Shown: piece by piece, positions 27,701 through 42,700 of the stretch
Position numbering within the stretch: the first letter of the stretch is position 1
Layout of the letters: each line of letters starts with the position of its first letter
Assembly (NCBI RefSeq): GCF_037042905.1
Contig: NC_087251.1
Coordinates: 32,056,001-32,120,000, forward strand
DNA from: Lytechinus pictus
Lineage: Eukaryota
Direction: 5' to 3'
Length of the DNA: 64,000 bases
Made by a program: the position numbers and the translations under genes
The notes under the pieces: model-generated
The model's database searches: none
The model's input: the letters and a program-made list of their open reading frames with translations, nothing else
Told to the model about the DNA's origin: nothing

Positions 27701-30700
27701 TCTTAACCAAGGCTAAGTTTTTGAAATGTGATCTTTATAACTTTGAAATTATAAGAACCTCTTTCATGAAACTTAAGGGTAATCAAGTATCACTGATCAT
27801 ATTGTACGACTTGCAGGTCACATGATCAAGGTCAAAGGTCATCAACGGTCAATGAACTCTGACAGTGTTGCGCTATCACTGTCTCAAGATGAATGAGGAC
27901 AAGACGGAATCCCTTGTTGTGGGATCTTGTCAACAACGAGCCAAATTTACAATAAACCATCTAAGAATTGGCAAATCTTTAATCAAGCCTTCTGATCAAG
28001 TGAGAAACCTTGGAGTGGTGTTTGCTTCCTCACTTACATTGGAGCAGCATGTCACAGGCACTTCCAAGGCTGCCTGTATCTCTATCCGTAATCTTGGAAG
28101 GATTCGCAAGCATGTAACTAAGAAAGTTGCTGAACTCCTTGTTCATGCCTTTGTAACAACCCGACTGGACATTTGCAACTCGATTTTGACTGGTTTGACT
28201 CAACATCAACTGCACAGACTTCAGCGTCTGCAGAACATGGCCGCACGTCTTGTGTCCCTTCAAAGAAAGAGAGTCCACATTACTCCAATTCTGCGTGACC
28301 TACATTGGCTGCCTGTCAACCAGAGAATAGCCTATAAACTTGGGGTCCTCGTATTTAAAGCGCTTAACGATAAATCTCCACCCTACATATCAGAGCTCTT
28401 ATCTCAGCATAGACCAACACGCAGTCTCAGATCAGCAGATCAAGCATTGCTGACAGAATCTCTCAGCCACACAACTTGGGGTGACAGAGCCTTCTACATC
28501 TCTGGACCAAAGCTGTTGAATAGCCTTCCCCAATTTATCAGGAGAGCAGAGACCCAATCAACTTTTGAGTCTTACCTGAAGACCTTTCTGTTCCCCACTC
28601 CAAGATTATTGCAAGAATAACTCAATTGTAGCATTACTAGGACAGTACTTGAACTGAATGATGATCCTAAGCACTGTTTGAAGACATTGAAATTCGTGAG
28701 ATATTTCCTATTTTTGAGCAAGCGCCATGAGCGCCCAGCTGAGGCGGATACCGGCGCTATACAAGAACCCATCATCATCATCATCATCAATACAAAAAAA
28801 CCTTAATCAATTTTAAGATTTTACGTGTTTACATTTACGTTTTACGTTTGGATAGTGAGTAGGTATTCTTTGTTGTGTTGTAAAATTAGATCTGTACCAA
28901 AGTAAGACATGGCTGCAATGAATGAAACTAGATATCAATGAAGTCATCTCTCAACAGTTGCAATAACAGTAAAATTCTTTGTTATACCTCAGCCAAACAA
29001 AGTTTGAAGGGGGGTATATAGGAATCAGTGTACGGTCGGGTAGGCGTTCGGTCAGTCCGTTGCAAATCTTACACATCGAACTACTTCCTCAGTTTTTAAT
29101 CAATTCTCATGAAACTTAGCATACATAGTGGTGTTGGGGTGAAGATGTGCAAGACACATTTTTCTTATGTGTTGGATATTTGGTTGCCATAGCAACAACA
29201 TATTATATGGTGAAAATCTTGCGGCTTGAATTACTTCATCAATTTGCAACCAATTCTCATGAAAGTTGGCTCATACATTGGTTTGGAGGTAAAGATTTCC
29301 AAGACATATTTTGTGTGTCGGAAATAGAGTTGCCATGGTAGCAGCATATTATATGCCCCAAATTAAGTAAAAAAATGTCGGTTTGTACTACTTCAATTCA
29401 ACTAATCCTCATGAAATATGGCTCACGCATTGGTCTGAAGTAAAGATGAGCAGGGCATAGTTTACCATGTATTGGAAATCATGTTGCCATGGTAACAATA
29501 TATTATATGTCAAAAAATTAGGCAAAAATCTTGCAGTTTGAACTACTTCATATCTTTTTAACCAATTCTCATGCTATTTAGCTCACACATAGGTCTTGAG
29601 GTAAACTGTTGCCATGATAATGGCGTATGACGGGATATTAATCACCCTCAGTGATAGTTCTAGTTTCAATGCAATTAACATGAGAACTGTTTAATAAACA
29701 CGTTTTAAGTATCGATTCTCAAGTTGATCTAATTGAAAAGATGTTTAATGATGAAGTTTACTGCAATGCATGTACATGTAGTTTTATGACTTTGTGGGCA
29801 TCTGATTTTTCTATTGCAATCGAACAGTACATTGGCTAAATTCTAATTTTACATTGATCACAGCCAAGGATATCTTGTGGTTATCCAAGAGTAAACACAC
29901 TATATAAAAATGGTACCTGATTGGTGTGAGATCATTGTTTTGCTCAATTGGTATAATGGTGTATAAAAGGAAAAGTTAGATTCAACCATTAGATGGGGGA
30001 GTTACTTGGGGGGCATAGACCCCGCCCCCCCCCCAAAGAAAAAAAAATCATGACCAAGAAAAGAACAAAAAGACAGGAGAAGATGAAAGGGTAAAATATG
30101 ATATTACTATCTGAATATTGTGCCAAAGTTGATCACAAAATTAGATTTTTGTATTAAAAAAGTCAGAATTTTTACTTTTTCGTAGCTTTTATAAATTTGG
30201 CCCCCATACTCTATGTCTGACCCCTCAAATATTTTTCTCATTATGCCATGCACTGTAACTCATTATCCCCTGGTTTGTGTTATTCTTTTGATAGATTTGA
30301 TAATGTGGTTACAGGTGGAGAGAGTATATTCATCGATGCTTTCTATATTGCGGAAGAATTCAGAAGAAAATTCCCCCATCATTTTGACAGCCTGACGAGG
30401 ATACCAGCCACCTTCCAAAAATTCCACTTTGAAAGGTATGTTGATGATAATGTGCAACATTTATACAGGACAATTGTGACGTAAGCAAGGTGTCAATGAA
30501 GGTTGATGAGTTATTCAATTATGTAGAATAGAAATCACAAGAATCAATCATGTATTCTCGATATAGCTGACCTTTGAACTTCGGTTACCTTAGATACACC
30601 CTGTATAGCGCTTAATACAATGTTTCAAAGCGTTAGCACGGCTACCCTGAACAGGTGCTCGAGCTTTAAAGGAATTCCTTTCCACCGGGTCCCCATCTAC

Positions 30701-33700
30701 TACACATTGGTGGAGAGTGGCAAATGTAGATAAATGCCTTGCCAAAGGACGTGAGTGCTGCAGTGGGTTTTGAACTCTGGACCTTGTGGTTCAAAGTTTG
30801 GAGACTCATCCACTGAGCCACAGGGTAGTGTATTGATCATAACTTTTTTATGGTAAATGATAGAAATGTTGTGGTGTAGCAGTTCTTACTCGCACTTTAT
30901 CAAAGAATGTGTTTGACTCCTAGAACCGCAGTCTAGCATCCTTCGGCAAGGCAACAACCACAATTTGCCAGTTTTCAATTGAAGGGTTCATGATGATATT
31001 TTATTATGAGGGGTACACTTTTTAGAGCCCACACTAGCAATTATCTCATTTTCCTTTAGCAGTATTTATGTACAGATTTCACTGAATTTAGTTGATATTT
31101 AAAGAAAGTTATATTTCTTCTCTATCCATTCCCTGATCTGTTTTCCACAGAAAATAAAGATAAAGATAATAAAATAATAATAAATAAAGATGTAGTTGAA
31201 GAATAACCAGGGGCGGATCCAGGATTTTCCAAAAGGGGGGCAAATTTTTCGGAGGAAAATTTTGACAAGTCCCCCCCCCCCCCCCCCAATAAAAAAAAAA
31301 GGTTTTCAACCACAAATAAAGGATATTTTGTACCCGAAAAAATTTGACAAGCAAAAAAAAAAAAGTCTTCAATTTCAAAAGAGGGGTTACACCTCTGTTT
31401 TCATGGCATTTTTACATTACAAATTTTTTACTTTGCTTCTCCCCCCCCTGGATTCGCGCCTGAGAATAATCACCTAGTGTAATTAAATTATATTATTAAT
31501 GACATGTTACTTTTTAAGATTGTTCTTAGTTTTTATTATTCATTTGAATAAATTAATTTCAATGACATTTTGTTCTTTGCCATATTACTTTGTCTACTTT
31601 ACAATGGAAAATCTAGTTGATATATTCATGTATTCAAATTCTAAACCATACATTGAGATTATTGATATTATTTCATGTATAATATGATAGATGCATTAAT
31701 GTACATTAGATATATACATGCTTATGTCCTGAGTGAAATGTCATATGCCAAGCTATATGGCCCACTAGGCAAGGCTGAAGATTTTGATGAGTGATGCAAT
31801 TGTTGATTTCTAATAGTAAAAGATGCAATCTGAAATAGTCATTATCTTTCCATGGATGAAAGAGAACTGTTTTTGGACTAGTACCATAATTCTTTATTAT
31901 TATCATTATTCACAGAGCGAATCCTGCCGCATACATCTACCAGAGGCCACACATCAATGTGAATCATAGAACAGGCCAGGTATGCTTTACATCTTTTTCT
32001 TATTGAAGTCTATCATAAACAGTGTCAGGCAATCTAACTACCAAGTTCTACACAGGAAATTATTCACCAAACTTGACATTAATTCGCGGAAGTGGTTTAT
32101 GGTACACCATGTGTTGAGTCCTAGAAAGACTAAGAAGAGTGGATAGAGGTAGAAGTGAAATGGAGTGGAAGGATTCTTATTAGGATTGTAAACCTGGGGA
32201 CTGTTTCATGAAAGTTGTCTGCACAGACAAGTTGACTTTCTCTGACAGTTACCATAGTAATAGTCAAAGGCCAGTGCCTCTCGGCCAATCAAAACCAAGG
32301 ATTTCAATGAAATTGTCAGCACTGGCAATTTATTTAGTCAGTGCGGACAACTTTCATGAAACACCCACCAGAGAAGTTGAGAGAAGACTTGCTTGAGTCT
32401 GCGAATGGAGTTGCAGAGCAGGAGAGAAGACACAATGGCCCAAATTCACAAAGGTGGATTTGAAAACCCATGGTTGAATCCATGGTTTATGCAGATTTCC
32501 TGTATAAATTACACTTATTTTAGCACGTATCAGCCGCGTGTATAAAAAATGTCCAATGCTGATGCGCGCTTTTGTCACAGTGCGCAAAATTGACTCCTGT
32601 TACTATGGTTAGATACGCCGTTTTATTCATGAGTCCACTGTTTGATGAGTAGACTCATAATTCAAAACAGTGGACTCATGAATAAAATAGCATTGATAAC
32701 CACGGCAACAGGCGTCAATTTGGTGCACTGTGACAAAAACGTGCATCAGCATTGGATATTTTTTAATATATGCAGTAAAATAAGCGTAATTTATACTGGA
32801 AATCTGCATAAACCTTGGACTCAACCATGGATTTTTAAAACCACCTTTGTGAATTCGGGCCAATGTTTTTTAGTGAGAGTGCTCCCCTAGTCTGTTTATG
32901 GTTAAGAGAGATGAGAGTATAGGCTACATACTTTCATGTTGATGTCCGACTGGGGAAAGTGAATCTCATGATGTACCGTAATTAGTTCATCAAACACAAG
33001 GTGGTGTTCCGCTCTTTTACTGATCTTTTGAGGTAGCAACTTTGATCTATAGAATCAGAACTAACACTATCTGGTTTGCACCAAATGAAAGTGTTTTGAA
33101 AGAAAAATGATGTGCACACCAAGGGAATGAATGTAGATATGACGCTATGTTTCGGACAAGAATACAATTTGCACAGTTAGTTCGTCACTTCAGGAACAAC
33201 AATTATTTGCTAAAGGCCCTGTCACATCGTTCCATGCAAGCCGTATGGGTGAGTTGTGGGCAATCACCCGCAACAATGTTTCAAAACTTTTTGCAGGCAA
33301 ATCAGACTCTCATATGCTCCAGCTGTAAACTGCATGCAAGATACTGTCAATGCGGGCGACCTGCGGGAGTCAAAAGGTCGCAAACTAGTCGCATACAAGG
33401 CTTGCATGGAACGATGTGACAGGATCTTGAGGAAGCCTGTCAATACTTAGAAGGGGCATATCAACTTGTTCCAATGCCTCAATCCCCTTTCTTAGAACTT
33501 TGCAATTAATTTGAGGACACATCTATCAGCCATTAGGAAGAGCATCTAAAGTTTTTAAAGGAGCTATCCAGCAGTATTAAATGATCGTCATTTAGGAAGT
33601 GGTGAATAAAGGATTCCATGACATTGGCAAGTTTCAGTTCTGACAAAACTGGACAGATGACATCGAAAAATCCACATCCTGTTTATCAAGTGGTTTCATC

Positions 33701-36700
33701 TGGGCTTTTTAATCTTGGTGACGGGGAATTCTTGTCATCCTGTTTCTATAAAAGAATATAAATGATGTGGAATTTTCACAGTTGATCCATTACAAGTACA
33801 CAATCTATAAGCCACAGAAATTTGATACATCTTGAAACAAAGACATTCAAGCTATATTAAACATGATTTATTTTTCTACTTTCTTAGATGTGGGGTCATT
33901 TTAAAAAATGTAACAATTCATGAAAATCAAGAATGGGACATCTCTTGGACCACAATCCAACACCCATTGTGTTTACAAATTCCTTTTTTTTGTTGGAAAT
34001 CCTTTTTTGCCATTAGACGTGTTGGATAATTTTACTGCATTTGGACTCAGTTGCCAGCTACTCCCCGATTTAAAATTAATAGAAATAAAATCTACACAAT
34101 TATAGGTAATTGGATGCATGTAACTTTTGGCAACTTGACCAATGTCAAAGGTCATTTAGGGGTCATTATTTCAATGTAGAGTTTGGGGAATCTCTGAATA
34201 CAGTTTCTCATTCCCAGATGTTGACAGGTCTGGTTTTAAGGTTCGTATTCACAAATTCCTTTTTTATTTGGTGATTCCTTGTTTGTTGGCTCCTTCAGGT
34301 TAATCACAAGATTCAAGAACTCCCTTTCTATCTGGGGGATTCTGGCTTGAGCATGGACTGTGACTACAGGTGTAGACACATGATGTCTTGGTGTGTGTGT
34401 GTGGGGGGTATAATGACACAATAGATCACTCCCTTCCCTTACATTAGTGAATGTGACCTTCGACTACAGAGCATGCCTTCATAGGTAGGGTACGTTTCCA
34501 TGATTAAATTGCCAGCAATGGTCTGTTATATTAATCATTTGTCATGATTTAGAACCAAAGGGGAGTATTCACCAATGAATTACCTAAAAGGTCATCATCA
34601 AATTAAAAATATATCCTTATTCTTCATTGCCAAAATATTTTGAGCTCGTTCTGATGAAAATATTAGGCGGAACAAGAAATAAGCGGAATAATTTGAAACG
34701 AGCTCTGGATGTCAATGGGCCTAGTATGCCATCTATCTTCACAGATCTAACCATGAATGTCCATCACCCACCCTACTTTTTGGTTGTACTCCCTCATATT
34801 TATAATTGTTTATATATTGCACTTTTCCTTAGATTTCCCATAGAGTTTTATACAAAAAGAAAAAAATTGAAAAGAAAATTATTCTTATAAATATACAATA
34901 TATATGTATATATATATATTTTTATTTTTTTGGAAAGAAATATCAGAAATATCTTACAATCCATGTTCTTTAAAAATGAATTTTCATGCAAGGGTTTCAG
35001 GTCAAGATCTTCATTTGGGTGTTTCATAAAGTTGCTGGTACACTGTAAGTTACAAATGACTAAACCCATGACTGGTGACCTTTTCTTGGCTAAAAGAAAT
35101 ATGAGTATGTAGCTGACTTAGAATATAAGAATATTTTCTACTCATTCATAAAGTTGTTGTATACTTAAAGGTCAAGTCCACCTCAGAAAAATGTTGATTG
35201 AAATCAATAGACAAAAATCAGACAAGCATAATGCTGAAAATTTCATCAAAATCGGATGTAAAATAAGAGAGTTATGGCTTTTTAAAGTTTTGCTTATTTT
35301 TCACAAAAAAGTTATATGCACAATTCAGTCACATGGAAATGAAAGAATCACTATTTCTTTTGTTTTTTATTGTTTGAATTATACAATATTTCAATTTTTA
35401 CAGATTTGACAGTAAGGATCAATTTGACTGAACCATAAAATGTTTAACAATCGTAATTCCACATGTTCGGGAGAAATAAAACTTTGTTTCACAGGAAAAT
35501 GAAAAGAAAATAAGAATATTTCATGTTTCATATAATAAAATACAAAATAAATAGTGAGTGAGTGATGTCATCAGTTCCCTCATTTGCATACCGACCAGGA
35601 TGTGCATATAACTTTTTTGTGAAAAATAAGCACAACTTTAAAATGTCATAACTTTCTTATTTTACATCCGATTCTGATGAAATTTTTAGCACTATGTTAG
35701 TTTGATTTTTCTCTATTTATTCAAGTGAGAATTTCCTGGGGTGGACTTGACCCTTAACCAACAGCTGTATGAAACACCTGCCTGGTATCAAGTGAAAGTG
35801 TTCAAAACACCTCATCTCTAATGAAGTTTTAACATTGTGTCTTCAACCATTAATCATATAGCCAATGGCAGTTCATCTTTGTATGTTATCTTTGATTGTA
35901 TTATTCTTTATAGAATTCTGGATGCAATTATGTACTTCAATCATGGCCTTGGTTTCAGTTATTAATTGCTCCAAAATTAGACACAGAATTATCAAGCTTT
36001 CAAATTCCTTATGAACTTACCCTAAAAGAAATGCAGCTTGGCAATTCACTAACAGAAATGCTTGAAATATCTTTTTAGCAACCATTCGTTGTTATGGTTC
36101 AAACTTTTGAGTACTTGTGACTTTAGAATCTTCTGGGATATTTTAATGAGCAGATAAAGCTTTCATTTGATGCACTTTTTTCAAGATTAAATGAATAGAG
36201 AGTTGTGTAAATGAATCTATTTATGGGATAGATTGATTCGTTTGTATGCATGAATATATCATTGTTAAAGTTACAAAGTACATTTTTGCCCATCTGCACC
36301 TCACATAGATCTTTAAAAATATAATTGACCGTAGTAATTGGATTCTCCAGTGCGAGGCCTGCTGATACGACAAGGAAGGAACTTTGATATAAACTTGAAC
36401 ATGGAAACACAGGTCTTAAATGGCTGAAAATCAACATATCTTATGCACAACCTTAGATACATTTGTAAATACTTTAATCAAGAAAGTATCATACATGTAT
36501 TTGTGGTACATGCTCTGATCAAAAGTAAGCTACATTGTTGTAATGCTTTATTGTTTGAAATGCCTGATAACCCGATTCTTAAGTTATAAAGAGTCCAAAA
36601 TACATGTACAAGACTTGTCCATCATTTGCCAAAGCTCAATTCATCTACACCGCTTCGGAGAGAGCTCAACTGATAAATACGATTGCGGCAAAGAAATCTC

Positions 36701-39700
36701 ATTTCAATTTTTTGCATGTTTTTAAATCATTTATTGGTGAAGCTTCAGAATTTCTCAAACTTAAAATCATTTCACACAATTTAAGCCTGCACAGTTCCAA
36801 AGAAGAATTGTTGTTCCACATTCTCTTTCACAAAACAAAAATTCATACTTGCTGCCTCCACGCTTTGGAATAGCCTGCCAATTGACATACAAGCCACTGC
36901 ATGACCCAGTTTTAAAATAAAATATAGTAGAATTTTTATGCTTATATTGAGACATGGAATATCTTACTGTGTAATGTTCTAAATCATTGTTCGAATACCT
37001 ATATTCAAATCTGTGACTATGCTTTCATCCCAGAACAAAACAGAATGTAATGTCTAGTCGTAATGACGTCATAGCAGTCGTACGATTGGCGACGATTTTA
37101 AACTAATTTGGCCAGTACGCCAAAATAAAAGCTTGCAATCATCCAAAATTGTTATATCAGTATTCTTTTAGGTAATTTGAGTCTCAAACAAAAAGATACT
37201 TTTAATTCACATTTTCATAAAATGAGCAAAATGAGAAAAAAAAAATTCAAATTCATTTATTTCACATCTCTTAAAAAACAGGGTACAATACATAGTGAGT
37301 TAATGCAATGTAGTAAAAACATCAATGACAGGTGTACAATTTAGACAAAAAAATAACAAGAAAAAACATAGAGTAATGAATGGGATATGAAGGAGTAACA
37401 AAAAGCCATTGGTCTATCTAGGCTACTCCCTTTTTACATTCATTACTGATAATAAAACAAAAAATATTCCTCCAATCAACTTTTGTGATTGAAAATAAAA
37501 ATCAGTAGACTGGTAGAACTTCAATTTAGATTAAAAGCACATTAAAATAAAATATAGTAGAATTTGATGCTATTATTGGGACATAGAATATCTTACTGTG
37601 TAATGTTCTAAATAATTGTACGAATACCTTTTTGTCTCACCTGCGAAGCAGAGTGAGACTATATAGGCGCCGCTTTTCCGACGGCGGCGGTGGCGGCGTC
37701 AACACCAAATCTTTAACCGAAGGTTAAGTTTTTGAAATGACAGCATAACTTAGAAAGTATATGGACCAAGTTCATGAAACTTGGCCGTAAGGTTAATCAA
37801 GTATTACTGAACATCCTGCCTGAGTTTTGAATCACATGACCAAGGTCAAAGGTCATTTAGGGTCAATGAACTTAGACCATGTTGGGGGAATCAACATCAA
37901 AATCTTAACCTAAGGTTAAGTTTTTGAAATGTCATCATAACTTAGAAAATATATGGACCTAGTTCATGAAACTTGGACTTAATAAATAGTTCAGTTCATT
38001 TTCAAAATTCACAAAAATGCTTCATTATTTGTAGACTGATTTTGAATTTTTTGCTTCCATCTGGTAGAGCTTCATGAGGTTCACCAAACTTCTACACAGA
38101 ATTTTGAAATTTTGACAACAATTTTTATGCTAATTCATGCAAAATTAATTTCTGCATATTTTTAAAAATTCACATAAAATGCTTCTTTTTTATTTGTTGA
38201 CCAATTTTGATTTTTTTACTTCCATCTGGTATAGCTTCATGAGATTCACCAAACTTCTACACAGAATTTTGAAATTTCGAGTAGAAGATTATTTATGCGA
38301 AATTCATAAATCACAGAAAATGCCTCTTTTATTTGTTGACTTAATTTCAAAATGCTTCTTCTTCATCATTTCAAGTCCGATTTCAATTCTGTTTGCTTTA
38401 TGTGATAGCATTAGGTGGGGGATTCAGAACTTACACACAATTTTGAAACTCATTAAATATGCTAATTTATGCATATTTTGAAAGGACAAGTTCCCCCCAG
38501 AAAAATGTTGATTTGAATAAATAGAGAAAAATCAAACTAGCATAACGCTGAAAATTTCATCAAAATCGGATGTAAAATAAGAAAGTTATGGCATTTTCAA
38601 CTTTCACTTATTTTTCACAAAACAGTGATATGCACAACTCAGTGACATGCAAATGAGTCAGTCGATGATGTCCATCACTCACTATTTCTTTTGTTTTTTA
38701 TTGTTTGAATTATACAATATTTCATTTTTTACAAATTTGACAATGCGGACCAACTTGACTGAACCATATGATATTAAACAATGCTAATTCCACGTGTTCA
38801 GGGAGGAATTAATCGTTGTTTCACTTGACAATGAGGAGAAAATTAGAATATTTCATATTTCACATAATAAAATACAAAAGAAATAGTGAGTGGATGACGT
38901 CATCAGTCTCCTCATTTGCATACCGATCAGGATGTGCATAAAACTATTTTGTGAAATTAAGCGAAACTTTAAAATGTCATAACTTTCTTATTTTACATCC
39001 GATTTTGATGCTTGTCTGATTTTTCTCTTTTTATTCAAATCAACTTTTTGTTGGGGTGGACTTGTCCTTTAAAAATTCACATAAAATGCTTCTTCTTTAA
39101 TTGTTGACCGATTTTGATTTTTTCTTTCATCTGGTAGAACTTCAAGAGGTTCACCAAACTTGTAAACAAAAGTTTGAAATTTTCATTAGAAAATTATTTA
39201 TGCTAATTTATGCAAAATTTATTCATAAATCACAGAAAATGCCTCTTCTTTTTTTGTTGATTGATTTTGATTTTTTGTCTCCATCTGGTAGAGCTGCATG
39301 AGGTTTACCAAACTTGTACACAAAATTTTGAAATTTTGTCTAGAAAATTATTTATGCTAATTTATGCAAAATTTATTCATAAATCACAAAAAATGATTTT
39401 TCTCCTTCCTTTGTTGATCAATTTCAATTTTGTTTGCTTTATATGATAGCTCTAGGTGGTGATAAAAAATTTCAACACAGAATTTTGAAACTCACTAAAT
39501 ATGCTAAATATTCATATATTTTCATAACTCACAAAAAAAATACTTATTTATTTGTTGATTGATTTTATATTATTTTTGTTCCATCTGAGAGCTACATGAG
39601 GTTCACCAAGGTTCTACACAGATTTTAGAAATTTTTACTAGAAAATTATTTATGCTTAATTTATTTGATATTTATTCATAGATCACAAAAAATGCTCCTA

Positions 39701-42700
39701 TGTCATTTTTTCATCAATTTCAATTCTATATCCTCAATTTATGTCACCAATATAGTTCACTACAGTGTCAACTGGGCTGAAATTAAAATTGTGTTAAATT
39801 TCGTTGCGAGATGCCGGATGAGCTCCACATCATTGATGTGCTAGTTTTAAATCCCTGTAACTTTGTGTTGTATAATCTATGTTCTAAGATATTAATATGA
39901 TTGATTATATATTTTGTGAGAACTTTTATTTTTCAAAGCCATAACATGCTTTCCCAAAGCCAAAGGTTCTCCTTTTCCATCTTAAACCTATTTTTTTTTG
40001 TATCACTGCTTATATATACACGTACAGTGTTTGTAATAATTGTATTAATATATTTATTTTTATGAGAATGGAATAAATGATCAGTGAATAAATACATGCA
40101 CGTGATGTTGTAAGCATGACTGGCCTCATTTTAAAGGCAAATGAAACCTTTGGAACATGTTGGCTTTTGTGGAAACAGAAAAATCCAAGAATAAAATTAA
40201 AGCAAGTTTGAGAAAAATCATACAAATAATGAGAAAGTTATGAGCATTTGAATATTGTGATCACAAATGCTATGGAGATCCTCTCATTGGCAATGCAACA
40301 GATATTTGTTATGTTACGTGTGAACAACTTTCCCTTTGATGGACTATAAAATACCCGAAAATGTCTATTTTTGCTCTTAAGGTGATACAAACTCTTTATC
40401 CATAATGTATTTTTTGAAAATCTGTATTAGGTGCCCTCCTATAGAAATAATATATGATCTACTGATAGATATGATAAAAGAGGCATTTTAAGTGAAATAT
40501 ATAGAAAAGTAATGGGATAGTTGTTCACATGTGACATCACACATCTTTGTTGCATTGCCAGTGGGAGGATCTACTTTACAATTTAGTGATCTAAACTTCA
40601 AATGCTCATAACTTTCTTATTATTCATTCAATTTTTCTCAAGCTTTCAATTATCTTTTTCTTTGACTTTTTTGTTTTTGCACAAGCTATCCTGTTTCAAG
40701 GGTTTAATTTTCCTTTAATCTTTCAAAAAAGCATTTTACTGAACTCCTTTTTGATTGAACTATGTTGTATGTTGTACCATTTGTATATGGTTTCCCCCAC
40801 AAAGAAATAACAATCTCTTGTTTTGATCGATAGGGAGCACATGCAAGAACCTGAATTTATTATTTCTCACGAGAAAGATAATAAGAATTGAATTTATTGT
40901 AAAAATCACTTAACAAAATGAATTTCATTTAACTCCATCCATGCAGCAGTGCAAGACAGAATTCTGGGTTTTAATTTCTAAAACATGCCATCAATCATAT
41001 GCCACTAATTCAGTACCTTTGAAACAGTTACAATTGTTTTAATGCAATGGAACCCAGATCAGGGCCATTTTTCATAAAGGATTTCTGAATATGGTGACTT
41101 AACCTGCCATGATGGTAATTTGACAGGGCTTATTAGCATCCAATCAATATCAAACTTTGCATGTTTTTTTTTTATTTTCCATGAATTATAATGGCAATGT
41201 TATCGTAGATTGTAAGTTTATATAAATTAAAAGAGGCCCTTTGGCCCTATTTTCAAGTTTGATTTCAATGCCAATTTCTTATATCCTTGTGACGAGTCAT
41301 TCTCCATCAGTCCAAATCCCTGAGTTTAGGAGAGCCTCAGAGCAGTTTCTTTTACGTTACTTTCTGTAATGTTCACTTTAATGAAACAGTGTCCTATAAA
41401 CTACAGTCTTTAGCCCCGTTTTAATAGACATTGCCCGGGCAGATGGCGGGTAGAAAAAGCGGGATAGAATTCCTCAACGAGTCTTGAGCTTGCGGTAAAC
41501 CTGCAGCATGCAACGAGCTCGATCGATCGAGTATGTTTTAGGCTAGCCTACAACTTTTTTTGTAGAAGGGTGTAAAACTAGCATCACAGCACGTTTTTGC
41601 CAAATATCAATAAAAAATATAAAAGTTTGATTGTTTTGAAAATGAAAATTGACGGTTAACAAAAATTTAAATAAAAATTGTGATACTAACAAAACGGCAA
41701 CATATTTTCAAACTACCCAATCTCTCTTTTTGACCATGGACTTAGAAGGCGTGCGCTTTTTATAAGTCATAGCCCAGTATCAAGCTTTTCGGACGGACTG
41801 CACCCCGATCGCATCTTAACAGAACATGCACTCGAGTATTAACGGGGTGGAGTTGTTTTTCTACCCTACTTCCACCCTCGATGGAGCAGGCCGAAATTTG
41901 GAAAATCCTTCCCTACACAATCCTGCTTTTTCTCCCAGTGGGAACGTCTTATTAGAAAGGGGGATTTTTTGCCCCGCTTTTATCGGGGTAGGGCAGTCAG
42001 AAAAGTGTCTGTTAAGACGCTACCTGCATGCCATGCATGATGCGCAACTGCAAAGCAACAATTTACGTCACAATTGCTTATCATAAGGGTACTTACTTCG
42101 CTAAGTTTGTGAATAACCTGAAATCAGAAGTAGTGATAAGCAAACAGGCATGTAAATTGTTCCAAATAATAGTTTGAATTACACATTGTACAGCCTTATA
42201 GGTAATAATAATAATATTGACTGGCTTTTCTTTCGGGGAACATAAAATATATTGCCCTTAAAAGAACCATATTGCCCTTGTCTTACGACTCGGGCCAGTA
42301 TGATTCTGTTGCGGGCGACATATTTGATGTTCCCCTCAAGGCCAGTCAATATTATATAACTAGTTTAGTATTAAGAGATGAGATGCATGATAGTTTGTGC
42401 TAATTAGGAGCAATTGAAATATGATTATTTTCAGGCCTAAAGTAATGAAATCATTTTAAGAGGCCTCTATCTTTCAAGAGAGAAGTTTACTGAACTCCTT
42501 TTTGATTTGATATTGATGAACTATGTTGGACAATTTGTATGTGGTTTTCCCCACAATAAATAACAATCTCTTGTTTTGATCGATAGGAAGCATGTGACAA
42601 AACCTCAATTTATTATTTCTCACGAGAAAGATAATAAGAATTGAATTTATTGTAAAAATCACTTAACAAAATGAATTTCATTTAACTTCATCCATGCAGC

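Noticed and set aside
36604..36873. Protein-like 89-aa + strand ORF inside the large intron
   Set aside because: No recognisable motif or convincing splice sites, and not needed for the BBOX-like reading frame.
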